Below are positions 39,010 to 53,028 of a stretch of 64,000 bases of DNA, piece by piece. Source of the stretch: Octopus vulgaris. Its lineage: Eukaryota. The position numbers and the translations under genes were made by a program. Below the pieces are notes generated by a model. That model ran no database searches. It was not told the DNA's origin and saw only the letters and a program-made list of their open reading frames with translations. Each line of letters starts with the position of its first letter. Positions within the stretch are counted from its first letter, which is position 1. Location: NCBI GenBank assembly GCA_951406725.2, contig OX597822.1:53940001-54004000 (forward strand), given 5' to 3'.

Positions 39010-41082
39010 TGTTACTATGGAAACAAGCATGAATGTGTCTGTAGCTTACGATTGGTTAAAATTATCCAAAATTTGCAAATTTTAAAAGCTATTAACTCTT
39101 TTTTTAATTGATTTATGGCGAAAATGAATTTCATGTCAATGATTAGCATACAAAACTACATCATTACACCTAATATGAAACCAATTAGAACAGAAATTGA
39201 AGAAATTGAAAAGTAGCAAAAAAATGTGTACAATATGTAAGCATCAAGTGGAATGAGACTTTACCACACACCCCATGCAGTATTCAATTATTAAATTGCC
39301 GTTAACACGCCGTTTGAAAAGAACAGATACAAAATATGGTGTGCTGTATGTATAGTACTGAGTTAGACTTCACTATACAAGTCTGTTCATTATGACAGCT
39401 ATTAATTGAACATTTCGCACGTGTAAGCTTTATTTATAGTTAACCACTCTCGAGTTAAAAAACTCATAAACCGTCATAAACAGTCTAATTGCAGTCATCT
39501 ATTCTTTTGATTAAGGTAGGTATAAAATGATAAGCATATTTGTTAGAATGAAACTTCCATGTTCAACTAATGTACTTTCTAAACGGTCTTTTGAATGAAT
39601 ATACAATGGTTTTTTTTTCTTAACTTTCTTTTACTGTATCCGTTTTAATGGTGTTCAAAAGAAGGGCAGAGAAAGAAAGGGAGATTCTGTGATGGGTGCA
39701 TGCACGCATGTTGTTTTGAGTGTAACAGATAAATAATGTATGATGGTAAATCTCTTGTAGTCCAAGAAAGATAGTTCTGCAATTTCTTGCTGAACGACCT
39801 GCACAAATAATTTGTTTATAGTGATGATGATGATCAAATGTATGTGTTGTACATTAGCGCACTCCCTCTTTGAAATCGATATCACCTGAACAGGTGCATG
39901 GTGCTCCACACGCCAGGTGTCGAAGTAATCACAGAAAAACGTGTGATGAAGTGTTTTGCTTAAGAACTCAACGAACCACTCGGTCCAAGAATTGAAACCG
40001 CAATCTCACAATCGGGAGTGTAACACCCTAACCACCAGGCCGTGCGCCCTCACACAATAATATTGATGTAATGATAGCAGTGTCACATTAATCATGTTAT
40101 CGTAATCTCAGGTCAGAACCAGTCTATTGGGCGGTGGTTTGGCATTCACGATACAAGCAAATAGTAAGTTGGTACATATTTATTTGCAGTAGTACATTTT
40201 GATACAAATTCAACTAGGACATCACTCGTGCAATATATTATTAACTTTAGAAAGACGAACGGTTAAATTGAACTTGGAGGGATTTGAACCAAGAACAGAG
40301 ACCATGGACATCTCTGCTGCTACTGGCAATGAAAGACCTCAGAGAAGTTGTCTTTCACGAAAGTCATGTGTAGCGGCTGAGGATCGGGTGTAGGAATGGG
40401 TCAGAAGTCTTCTGGTGGTGCAGAATGTTTGAGCAGGAAGGCGGTCAAGATCTCGATAGGGTAGACGACGGTTTCGTCAGAGGTGACTACTCTGACAGCA
40501 GCCGAGACATCGCCCACGATGAGTTTGGGGGTAGATAAATAAGAATTAGCATTGAGTACTGTATAAGAAATACGCCAAAATTTTACCAGACATGAACTGC
40601 AGTCCTTACACACACGCACGCGCACTCTCACGCTTTGAAAGAGCAACCCACCGAAATATAATCAATCGTTAGTATTTTGGAGAGAAACAGACAAGAGTGA
40701 ATCTTGGAAAAAATGTTTAAATCGAGACGGTTGGAGAAAAGAAATAAAATTAAAGCAAGAACAACATAATCGACCGATATACTCAACTGTTTTTTGTAGC
40801 GGTCTTATAAGCGTTCTAATGGGGACAGTAGGTGTATGTTTGGTACAGAGAGCGGAATCTCACAGTGAACGCGGTATATATATATATATATATGTATGCG
40901 ATTTGAGGAAGCAGAAAATTTTGCAGATGAGCTGCAAAATATTAGCGTCAATATTAGCGTTAACATGCAGTTTGGGGGCTGAAAAATCACCGGACTCTAT
41001 TAACCGGAAGTGACGATAGTAACATCTTAAAATTTCACATAAGCAGATCTATGTAACATAATGAATGCATAAAACGTATATA

Positions 41083-41645
41083 TTGGGTTGCCCGGAAAGT
41101 TCTTGCCGATTTTTAAAGGAAAGGAAAAGGTCAACAAATACTTGCCATTACATTTTTAATCAACCAAATATGAACCATTTTGTTGCACAATGCATCTCCA
41201 TCTTTCCTTTAACTTGAAAATACCCTCTTCCCAGAATTGAGGTGGTTTCATGGCAAGAATTCATCAAGGTATCTTTTTACGTCATCCAAGGAATTGAAAT
41301 TTTTACCATTAAGACTTCTACAGAGACCTGAATAAGTGGAAATCCGAAGGAGCAATATCTGGTGAATATGGAGGGTAGGGTAACACATCCCAGCCGAGCT
41401 GCAGCAATTTTTGTCTGGTTCCCAAAGCATCAAGTGCAGAAATTGAACTTTCTTATCTTCCATTTTAAAGGGTTACAGAATTAACACAGGTTATAGGAAC
41501 ATAAATCTTCTTCCCCCAAAAGATAGCTTAAACTGTGCTCTAAATGGAGATGTAGTCAAATCCTATTGTATGGACTCAACCATGTTCTAAAATAAGTTGA
41601 AAGGTAAGCTACTATAAATCGGTACGAACTTTCCGGACAACCCAA
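41083..41645 (-). mobile_element. Internally deleted mariner element
   Basis: ~28-bp TIR TTGGGTTGcCCGGAAAGTTC..., TA TSD. N-terminal MEDKKVQF is fused to the C-terminal VLPYPPYSPDIAPSDFHLFRSL. Confidence 0.9.
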
Positions 41646-42439
41646 TATATTTCATATAACATGAAAACCGTACATGTATATATAAATAAATATATAAATA
41701 AGATGAAAACAATCATATCTATGTTGGGTATAGTACATTTGAACGGTGTATTTCTGCTGCTATTTCTGAAATATTTAAGATATTGGTTTCAAATTTTGGA
41801 CAAGATTAGCAATTTCAAAGGAGCGGGTAAGTCGATTACACCGCCCTTAGTGCTTAACTGGTGCTCATTTTATCGCCCTCGAAATGATGAAAGGCAAAGT
41901 CGAGCTCGGCGGAATTTGAACTTTGAATGTAAAGACGGACGAAATGCCTGTTAATATTTTAATCGGTGTGCTACACAATTTTGCCAGTTCGCCGCGTTCT
42001 GAAAGACTTAAAATTTTGTTTCAAGACCAGCAAGTTGGGTGGGTGGGTGGGGAGATAAGTCGATTCCATCAATCCCATTCTGCCAGTTCATCGCCTTGAA
42101 ATACTTAAGATATTAGAAGATATTGTAGTGAGCTCTTGGGATTCGAACTCTTTTTTTCTAAATTACCAGTTCGCTGTCATTTTCATGTGAACAACTTAAA
42201 TGTCAAACAAATCAGCTTGAAGCTATGTCGTGAATACCATCTCTCATGTTCTCGAGATTCGCGCACTTTTCTCGTATGATAAGCAATGCCCGCGAAGATC
42301 GAAGAACAAAGGTTCGAGAATACCACAGAGAACACGCATCTCACCACTTGTTATAAGCTAGACTATGCAGAGCCATCTTAAGCAGCATTATAGGCCCCTG
42401 GGTAAATCCGTGCTCTGGACTCAATGGCATTCATTTAAC

Positions 42440-42600
42440 AGGCGCATGAGTGACTGTGTAGTAAGAAGCCTGATTCCCAACCACATGGTTCTGGGTTCAG
42501 TCCCACTGCGTGGCACCTTGGGCAAGTGTCTTCGACCATAGCCTCGGGATGATCAAAGTCTTGTGACTGGATTTGGTAGAAGGAAAGTGAAAGAAGCCCG

Positions 42601-42682
<82 letters not shown>

Positions 42683-42900
42683 GTGTGTGTGTTTGTGTCT
42701 GTGCTTGTTCCTCTATCACCGTTTGACCACGAGTGTTGGTGTGTTTACGTTCCCGTAAGATAGCAGTTCGGCAAAAGAAACCAATAGAATAAGTTTCAGG
42801 CTTAAAAAAAGTACTGGTGTCGATTCATTCGACTAAAAGTTTTTCAGGGCGGTGCCCAAACATGACTGCTGTTTGATGACTGAAACATGTAAAAGAAAGT
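42440..42900 (+). mobile_element. Family-A SINE
   Basis: Complete from head to tail, with an internal (CA)n(TA)n(TG)n tract. Confidence 0.75.
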
Positions 42901-43114
42901 ATTACAAACCGCTTTTTCTTGATGTGTGCGAACATATTTGTTACATTAACAGGAAAGGTGTTCATGCAATACAACTAATGGAAACAATAAGATGAAACAG
43001 CATAATGTGACACGAAAGGAAAGCCTGTTAGCAACTTAATACGACGAATAGTTTTTTTATGTATATCAATTATCCTCGATTGGATGTTAGCTGTGAGAAC
43101 ATTTATACGGAGAG

Positions 43115-43512
43115 TGTAATGCAGCCCCGACACAAGACACTCTGAATTGCTGAGAGTGAAGAGTATCATAGCGGCTCGAATGTTTGGGCACTCTACAAAA
43201 TTTGCGGTTAATTTGACTGTATTTATAGGCCGTGTTCACGGAAGGTTCTCGTCGGATCACCGACTTATCACGTGAAAATGGCAGTTCATTGGATAAAATC
43301 TCGGCTGCGCACATATTCAAACTATGACTGAACTGTGGCTTGAGTTTCGATTGTGGCAAAACGCGGGATCGAATCCAATGCTATAACAGAAAGCCACAAA
43401 GTATATAGATCAGAATCGGACCCCTAGACAACAGGGGACCTCGGGCAGTTTTCTAGAGTGCTCATACTTTGAGACGGCGCTGAGACCATGGCAGAGATCT
43501 GATGACATTACA
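43115..43512 (-). mobile_element. Probable solo LTR
   Basis: TGTAATG at 43115 and CATTACA ending at 43512. An alternative end, ATAACA at 43388, gives a GAGAG/GAAAG near-TSD. TATAAATA on minus at about 43220. Confidence 0.45.
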
Positions 43513-43520
43513 AACATGAA

Positions 43521-43752
43521 GGTGGCGAGCTGGCAGAAACGTTAGCACGCTGGGTGAAATGCTTAGCGGTATTTCGTCTGCCGCTATGTTCTGAGTTCAA
43601 ATTCTGCCGAGGCCGACTTTGCCTTTCATCCTTTCGGGGTCGATAAATTCAGTACCAGTTACGCACTGGGGTCGATATAATCGACTTAATCCGTTTGTCT
43701 GTCCTTGTTTGTCCCCTCTGTGTTTGGCCCCTTGTGGGTAGTAAAGAAATAG
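43521..43752 (+). mobile_element. Family-B SINE
   Basis: Complete copy, near consensus. Confidence 0.8.
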
Positions 43753-44705
43753 GTATTTCAAACAAGTCATATCTCGGCTCTCGCCAATTAAAATCAAGGA
43801 AAATAACTTCAAAAAGTTTCGGCGGTTACCAATCTTTCACATAACTGAACAAGTACAGTTAAGTCGATCCCTAACTTCTAGTTTTGTTACCAGTGTGTAT
43901 TTGATAATTTATGCATGTATATATGTTTAGCATTCCCTTAAAATCTGTCGTTAAATATTCGCGAGTTTGTGTTGTAATACATAACGCAGTCAGCTTAATC
44001 TCGCACTGTGATTGAGACAAACACACCAACTCTGACAATAGTGACAACCATAACGATAATACCATCTCGCGATGACACCATACAAGTAGAGGCCTCTGGG
44101 TGCGGCATAACGAATGGGGACCTAGTTAATAAAATTAAAGGATTACCAACTCTCATTATGAAAGTATGGAACATCATTGTATTAACTTCCGGTCAATTTA
44201 CTTCAGTTTTTTTTAAAGCTATAAACTGCGTGTTAACCAATATTAGGAATACAATAGTATTTCACGGGGAAAATTAAGAGACAAACTTAACGAGTTAACG
44301 TATTTAAATGTTTCAATGGGGGTTAGAATTCAAAAGACTTCCTGAAACTTTGAGGAAAATACACTTTTTTTTTTAGACTAGTACGAAGTCGAAGTTAGTT
44401 GCACGTAAAACCTTCAAAAACTGTTGATTGTAGAAATAATCGCATGCGCAACTTAGAATACAGAGAGGCTGGCACGGGACCGCCATCGACGGAGATCAGT
44501 GGTAGACATGGTCGGATGTAGTTCATCGTCATACCCAAGACAAATGGTAAATATATTTTTAGGGTAACATCAAGAATTATGCTAGATATACAATAATTAT
44601 ATTGTATGGGGATGGAATAAGCAGAACAAAGGGAGACACGTAGGATAGAGAGTCACTGATGAGGCCACAGGATGTGTGATGAACGAGCTTAGACAAAGAC
44701 ACTAA

Positions 44706-44779
<74 letters not shown>

Positions 44780-45239
44780 TAATAATAATAAAAACTGGAG
44801 TGAAGACCAAGTGCATGTGTTTAATTGGCAAAAATATGATAATCCTCAAGAATAGCAATATCTGTTTCAATACACGATTTCACATCAGGAATCTTGCAAA
44901 ACAAATTCATAATTGAGTTTTAACTTTTATCAAATGTCTTAGTGTTTATATAAAATGATGAAATGGATACCTTAAAATAAAACTAAATGATTGACATTTT
45001 TCAGCTGTATAACTCCTCCCATTGTTACTGTTATTTACTCCTCGGCATATCCCTCTCACCGCACCTCCTCCCCTACACCTCATTTTCCTGTTCGACCTCT
45101 TTTTTCCTGATTCTCCGCCCTTGCTTCTCTCCTGCAGCCTTTTTCTCACTTCTCCTCCTTACTCCTTACCCTCTCCTATCCCCGCCTCTCCCCCTCGTCT
45201 CCTTGCCTCCCTCCCCGCTTCCTTGCAGTCAGTTAACTC

Positions 45240-46102
45240 GTCTAAATTAAGCAACAATGAAAACAACATCGACATCTCATTTTAGCAGATATATTTACTT
45301 AAATTACATAAAAATATCTTGAAATACTAATGAGTAAATTTATTCAATAAAATCGCCTATGGCTAAAACCACGGCCTCCAGACGACTTCGGAATCACCTG
45401 CAATTATTCTGGACGGATACCTTGTTTAAGTTGGTGAATGCTTCTATAATCCCTGCCTTCAGTTTATCTTTGGTGTTACAGGGAGTTTTGTTGGTCTCTC
45501 GCTCAACTGCGCCCCACATATAATAATCAAAAGGGTTGCAGTCTGGGGAGTTAGGTGGCCATATGTTAGGGGTGATGTGGTCGCGGAAATTGTTTGACAG
45601 CTACGACTGGGTTCTCCTGCTTGTGTGGCATGGTACAGAGTTCTGTTGCCAGACATAAGGTCCTCCAGCAACCACCCTCTTGACCCAGGGCAGCACTACC
45701 TCCTCCAGGCACTTGATGTTGATCTCCGTGTTGTGTCTGAGGCGGTGTGAGAAGATGAATGGAGGCATGATGTCACAATCACTAGTGATCACCCCAAAAC
45801 ACCATGATGTTGCCTGGATGTTTGATTTATATCACTCTCGGTACATGTCTTAGGTACACGGCAAGTCCTCAGATTGACACCCAAACACTCTGCAATGTTG
45901 GTATTGGAGCTTCCGGTGCGAATGCCAAGCAGGACAGCATATCATTTCCAAATTTCTGGCAGAGTGAATTACATTCATGGTGCTGTTTTTCTTACGGACG
46001 GTGATCAACTGCCCCTTCGATACTGTGTAGTCGGCAAAATCAAAAAGAAACAACGTGCACACGCGCGAAATTGAAAATATAAAATGGCGACAATTTACCC
46101 CT
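45240..46102 (-). mobile_element. Decayed, deleted maT-type (DD37D) transposon
   Basis: YVWQQ(N)SVPCH...WPPNSPDCNPFDYYMWG, with 37 residues between the second and third catalytic positions. C-terminus FRSRLEAVV...GDFIE*. Confidence 0.85.
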
Positions 46103-46271
46103 ATGTGTGTGTGTATCGGGTGCAGATTGCATCGAATGACCAGGCGTTCTCCTGTGTTAAAATGGTAGTAACGTCGTTTCCTACGGAACAACTATATTTA
46201 AGTGACGATAACCACTACTTCATAGTACTGCTTTCATCTTTTATTGAGATTTTCTAACTAGATAATTTTCT

Positions 46272-46332
<61 letters not shown>

Positions 46333-46352
46333 CATATATTCATACATACACA

Positions 46353-47519
46353 CTAACACTGCATCCTGGCGTTGCCCGGGTGTTATGAACTACAGCCATA
46401 TTGTTTTATTTGCCCCTTTCTTATGGGCAGAATCAGTACAGCTGATATATAATCAACTGGATTACTGGCATTATGGAAGTTATTGTTTGTTTAAATGTGA
46501 AGGATAGAAGGTACTGCTAGCATGGGTTTGCAAGAAAGTGCTTTCTGTTCTTAAGAAGCATCACAAAGTAAGTATTGTTTCACCGTATAAAAGAGGGTTA
46601 ATATGATTTTGCCCAGAAATTACAGCTTCAAAATTTTAGTTTCCCCCCGTCCCCACCGCAATTTCTTAATCTGTAACTTTTTACGAATTTTTTTTATCCA
46701 TGTAGAAAAATACAGAGATTATGAAATCTGGGAAATATATATTTTTAAAGATGGATTTTTCTTAAAGAAACACTCAGTACCTCTTCCCACACCTCACCCA
46801 CCCATCATCTACCCACTTTCAAAATGCTAAAAGCACCTCATGTTTCACTTTCGTCTGATGTTTCACGCATGCGTAGAATTGTACTGAAATATTAGAGCGC
46901 CACCAGAAAACCCGACATGCTAAAAACAACAGGTAAACGACATAATTTCTGAAAACACTTCCTCGCTTTCCAAAAAGCTAAAAGTGAAACATTGAGAGTT
47001 TGTAGCTTTTTAAAGTGGTGAGGTGATGGGTGGATGTTTGGGAAGGAGATTTTAGTGTTTCTTTAAGATAAAAGAATGAAGAAAATTCTTACAGATTCGT
47101 ACTCTCTGTTTTTTCTCTGTGGATTACCAAGAAAACAATTAAAAAAAGTAAAAAATGAAGTCATTGGGATGGGGAAGGAGAAAATTAGAATATTGAGAAC
47201 ATGTTTTTTTTTGAGAAATCTTAATCTCCTGTATTGAAAACATAGGAATCGGAAGAAATTTAGGAAAAAAAATCGGGGTGGGAGTACAAATGTCACCTCG
47301 GACATGCTAGAAGCAACAGGTAGAGAACAGGATTTGTGGGAGAACTTGCTTTTAAATTTATATCGAAGGTCAAATTTTTAAATACACTCATCACAAACAC
47401 GAATTACAGAATAGAAAAAGGTGATTTCAATTGGATTTGAGCTGTAATTTTGTGCATGCACATAGCAAGAAATAACATAATTCATACAGAAGTTTTACCT
47501 TGAGTGTGTGTGTGTGTGT

Positions 47520-47557
<38 letters not shown>

Positions 47558-47834
47558 TTGTGTGTATGTGTGTGTGTGTATGTGTGTGTTCGCGCGCGTG
47601 TATGTGCTAAAGGAAGTTATTTTATGGCATTCTTTCGTTTGAAGCAGAAAAGTTGTCAACTCGATTATATGGTCGATCATATGGGATCATATGATTGTTC
47701 GTTGATTTCCGTAAAATCTTTTTATTTTTTAAGCTTTGAAGAGAGCAGAAATTGAAAGAGTAGAAAGTGAAAAGGCAACATTTGCTTTGAAGCGAGAGCA
47801 GAAAGTGAAAGAAAGGAGATAGTAAAAAATGGAC

Positions 47835-47876
<42 letters not shown>

Positions 47877-48496
47877 GTGAGTGAAGTTGTGTGTTGTCAT
47901 GTATGTGTATGTGGCACTAGCTCTCTCTCTTTCTTTCTCTCTCTCTCTCATACACACATTACGTTTCATACACACGTACATAAATACATATGCATACATC
48001 TTTTGTGTATGCATGTGGGCGTGTGCATGTGAAAGAGAAAGTGAGTGACTGTATTTCCTCATAGCATATATAGAAATGGATGTCTTTTAAGATACACACT
48101 CATATAAAAAAATATGACGTGGTGGTGGTGGTAGTGGTGGTATATAATGTCGTTTAGGATAGTTGAATTATAGAAAGATTATAATGTTAAATTTTTGTAA
48201 TGCAAATATGTAAATGAAAATAAAGTTTATTTGTTAGCAGAAAGATTACTGAAACTTTGATATCCCATACGTCAAAATTGGTAACTCAGTTTTCGAATGT
48301 GTTCGACAATTTCCGTAAAATTTTAAAATATCTTTATTCTTTGAAGGGAGCAGAAATTGACAGAAAGCTGAAAGTGAAATCGCGACATTTGTCTTAAAGT
48401 GAGAGCAAAAAGTGAAAGAGAGGAGAAAGTGAAAAATGTATGTATGTGTATATGAAATGGATGTGTATGTGTTTGTGTGTGCATGTGCATGTGTGC

Positions 48497-48542
<46 letters not shown>

Positions 48543-48907
48543 CGAGCGAGTGAGTGAAGATGTGTGTTGTCATGTATGTGTAAGTGACACCCACTCGGTC
48601 TCTGTCTCTGTCTCACACACACATCTTTCATATACACATACATAAATACATATGCATACATATCTTTTGTATATATGCGTGCGCGTGCGTAGCATGTGTG
48701 TGTATGTGAGAGAGTGAGAGAGAGAGAGAGAGAGTGAGTGGCTGTATTTCGTCATAACATAGAAAATGAATGCCTTTTAAGGTACACACTCATATAGAAA
48801 ATGTGATGTCGTCGTCGTCGTCGTGGTATAGAATGTTTACAATAGTTGACGAACAGAAAAATCTAGCAATGATACCCGGCGTTGTTCAGGATTAAAATAG
48901 TATAGTT

Positions 48908-48966
<59 letters not shown>

Positions 48967-49045
48967 GTGTGTGTGTATGTGTGTGTGTGTGTGTGTATGT
49001 GTGTGCGTGTATATATATGTATATGTATATGTATATATATATATA

Positions 49046-49106
<61 letters not shown>

Positions 49107-50216
49107 TACAGTTATGTTGAAACAGAAGATTCAGGAAAGGGCAGCATTGACGATAATACATTTGTGGATTAAATGATGGTCAAATTCAACTAAGCAACAT
49201 GTAATACGTCCGTTTGGAGTATTCCAAGCCCTAACCTATCATAGAAAATTTGAGTGGATGGTATGTAATTTTTGAATCCAGCGAAAATCTGTCAGTGGAT
49301 ATACTCGCCTTTGATGCAGTCAGCGCTGCGTCTAACATGACCCATTGTATGATTGAATCAAATGAATGGGGGTGTAATGGGGATATTGTATGTAAATGTG
49401 TACATTCCGGAAATGGGCTGCAATGGGAGACGGCAAAGGGGAAGTGAACTGTTGAAATATTGCAGAAGGCGAAGGCTTGACATTGGATTGCTGGTGTGGC
49501 TGTAGAATAAGAAATATAAAGTGAGCCTATGCACTCACATGAGAATATGTAGTAATGAAAAGATATGGCATAATGGCTTCCAGCGTGGTATGTATATAGT
49601 ATGCTTATATTTTTGTATGCAGTGTAAATTAACAAAATACAAGCAAATGAACGAAATAGCACATATATGGAACTGCTAATTTAACGGTAAATGCCACAAT
49701 AATTATTACAGAGAGACAAAGAATTATAGAAAGATTATCTCAATGAAATGTTTTATTGTTTTAATCGAAATGAAACGAAATGAAAATAATCGAAAGGAAA
49801 ATAAAATTTCGTATTGAAACTGACCAACCATCAACTACATGCAGGATGTTTAATAATGTACCTAACGCAGAAAGACACACACGCACACTGTGAGACATAT
49901 ACACACTCAAACACTCACACACATACATTCACAAACAGATACACAGTCATATACAAAATGTGACGGTCGTCGTCGTTGTCGTGGTGGTTAGAATTAAAAG
50001 AGAAAGTATAAAAGTGAAACTATATCACATTACAATATAGATGTTATTGTTTCAATTTTATTCTTTGAGTTTTGACACATAATACGGAATTGCATTGTTT
50101 TAATCTAAAAAAATACATGTTGACACTCACGAGGTCTCATAGTATTACCATGTAAAATTTAATTTAATTTGGTTGAGCCGTTTAAGAATGCATTGGGAAC
50201 AGAATGAGAGCAAAGG

Positions 50217-50266
<50 letters not shown>

Positions 50267-50758
50267 TTAATATGTAAAATTTTTGTAGTGCAAATATGTA
50301 AATGAAAATAAAGTTTATTTGGTGTCTAATATTACGGAATCTTTTGATATGTCAAAATCGGAATCCCAGTTTTCTAATGTATGAGGAAGATACGCTCGAG
50401 CGCGCACACACACGAGCTCTCTTTTATATACATATGGAAGAAGCCCCTGTCTGTCGTTCTCTCTGTCTGTTTCTCACATTCCCTGTGTGTCTATCGCTTC
50501 CTGTCTCCTCCCCTTCCATGATATCAGCTACCCTCATTATGCCACATTTTCCTGAACCTAACACCTTTGCACCCCTCTCATTTTACCATGTAATAACCCA
50601 ATCCCAATAGTCGGTCCATTATCGATTTTTATTGAAATCCAATTAGACTATAATTGAACTTGATGTTCAAAATTTATAGAAAGTTTGGTGAAGATTCGTT
50701 CCCTGGTTTGGGCAGCAAGATGGTAACAAACAGACAGAAATTGCCATTTATATATAAG
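46353..50758 (-). mobile_element. Composite Helitron-like element with an internal ~600-bp tandem duplication
   Basis: Minus 3' hairpin CCCGGGCAACGCCAGG plus a degenerate CTAG at 46353. 5' CTTATATATAAA at about 50758. 47697-48300 is repeated at 48300-48862 plus 50267-50385. Confidence 0.5.
48863..50266 (-). mobile_element. Helitron-like element nested in the preceding one
   Basis: Minus strand runs from 5' TC(TA)n to CCTGAACAACGCCGGG-tatcattg-CTAG 3'. It interrupts the second repeat unit cleanly with no TSD. Confidence 0.65.
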
Positions 50759-51172
50759 TTATGTATAAGTGTATGTGTGTGTACGTGTATGTGTGTATAG
50801 ATACATATGATAAGAGCACACTAATGTGCCTGCCTGCTAGACAGATAATAATAGCAAGAATAATCTACAATAATGATACTCTTGTGCATTTCTCTGTCAT
50901 AACATCTGAATGAAAAAGGAAGGGGTGATATATGAATAAGGAAGGAAGGGTTAATGGCAAACTTGGTAGTGGGATGATGGAAATTCGAAGGCGAAAAAAT
51001 CAAACAGCGTGTCAACTCTGCGTGAGTATATGTGTGTATATGTAAAAGGGAGCCATGTGAATGTTTGTACCTGTGATTATTTTGTACCTTATTTATATAT
51101 AAAATACTACAATTAGCCGTCATTTTTGACGGCACGGGGTCAGCCAGTATCTATATAAATATTCACTCCTGA

Positions 51173-51247
51173 ATATTTCCTCCGTATATATATAGATAGA
51201 AAGATATATGTATATGTGTGTGTATATGTATGTATATATGTATACAT

Positions 51248-51338
<91 letters not shown>

Positions 51339-51582
51339 CATACATACATACATACATACATACATACATACATACAAACATACATACATACATACATACA
51401 TACGTACATACATATGTATATACATATACATATATATACATATACATATATATATATATATATATATGTATATGTATATATATGTATATGTATATACATA
51501 TGTATGTATGTACGTATGTATGTATGTATGTATGTATGTATGTATGTATGTATGTATGTATGTATGTATGTATGTAGGTATG

Positions 51583-51649
<67 letters not shown>

Positions 51650-51757
51650 ACATATATACATACATATACACACACATACATATATCTTTCTATCTATATA
51701 TATAGATAGAAAGATATATGTATGTGTGTGTGTATATGTATGTATATATGTATACAT

Positions 51758-51847
<90 letters not shown>

Positions 51848-51975
51848 ACCTACCTACATACATACATACATACATACATACATACATACATACATACATA
51901 CGTACATACATATGTATGTACATATGTATGTACGTATGTATGTATGTATGTATGTATGTATGTATGTAGGTAGGT

Positions 51976-52023
<48 letters not shown>

Positions 52024-52225
52024 ATATATATATATATGTATGTATACATATATACATACATATACACACACACATACATATATCTTTCTATCTATATATA
52101 TACGGAGAAATATATATGTATATGTATATACATATGTATGTACGTATGTATGTATGTATGTATGTATGTATGTATGTATATATGTATGTAGGTAGGTATA
52201 TATATATATATATATATATACATAT

Positions 52226-52267
<42 letters not shown>

Positions 52268-52339
52268 ACATATATACATACATATACATACATACATACA
52301 TACGTACATACATATGTATATACATATACATATATATAC

Positions 52340-52391
<52 letters not shown>

Positions 52392-52500
52392 GTATATATA
52401 TGTATATGTATATACATATGTACGTATGTATGTATGTATGTATGTATGTATGTATGTATGTATGTATGTATGTATGTATGTATGTATGTAGGTAGGTATA
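51173..52500. repeat. Compound (TA)/(TACA)/(TATG) microsatellite field with nested inverted duplications
   Basis: The unique tag tagatagaaagata occurs four times in alternating orientation (about 51193, 51685, 51703, 52082). Confidence 0.85.
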
Positions 52501-52729
52501 TACAAAGCCGTAGTTGTGTGGTGAGACGTTGTTTCCCCCAACACACAGTTCTGGAGTTCAGGTCCACCGCATGGCACCCTGTACAAGTTTTTTTCGTTAT
52601 AGCCCCGGGCTGATCAAAGCTTTATAAGTGGATCTGATAGACGGAAAATGAAAGAATCCCGTCTCACACGCGCGCGCATGCACATGCGCGCGTGCACACA
52701 CACACACACACACACTATACGTATGTATG

Positions 52730-52788
<59 letters not shown>

Positions 52789-53028
52789 GATTGTATTTAT
52801 TTATGTGTTTGCCCCTCAATTGACAACCGGTCTCAGTCCGGCTTAAGAAACCTTTATAAGGTTACCAGACTTTATACAGTTACCAGACTTTATAAGGTTA
52901 CCAGACTTTATAAGGTTACCAGACTTAAAATGTATACTGGGGTTGATTCTTTCGACTTAACCTCTTTAAGATGGTGCCTCAGCATGGCCGTATTCCAGTG
53001 ATTGAAACAAGTAAAAGATACATTTATA

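Noticed and set aside
40330-40560. Gypsy integrase C-terminus (PIEILTAFL versus SIDRLKPAF)
   Set aside because: Similarity is too weak to call without a search.
50940-50965. FAINPS as an NPA-like motif
   Set aside because: No flanking MIP similarity or splice signals.
51120-52613. Long ORFs (up to 253 aa) rich in Y/I/H/T/M/C/V, here and at 2848, 17443, 33035, 37990 and 58646
   Set aside because: These are translations of (TA)n, (CA)n, (TACA)n and (AAT)n microsatellites that happen to lack stops.
52853-52926. CRISPR-like short repeats (gttaccagacttta...)
   Set aside because: About 19-bp head-to-tail minisatellite with no unique spacers, inside a SINE in eukaryotic DNA.
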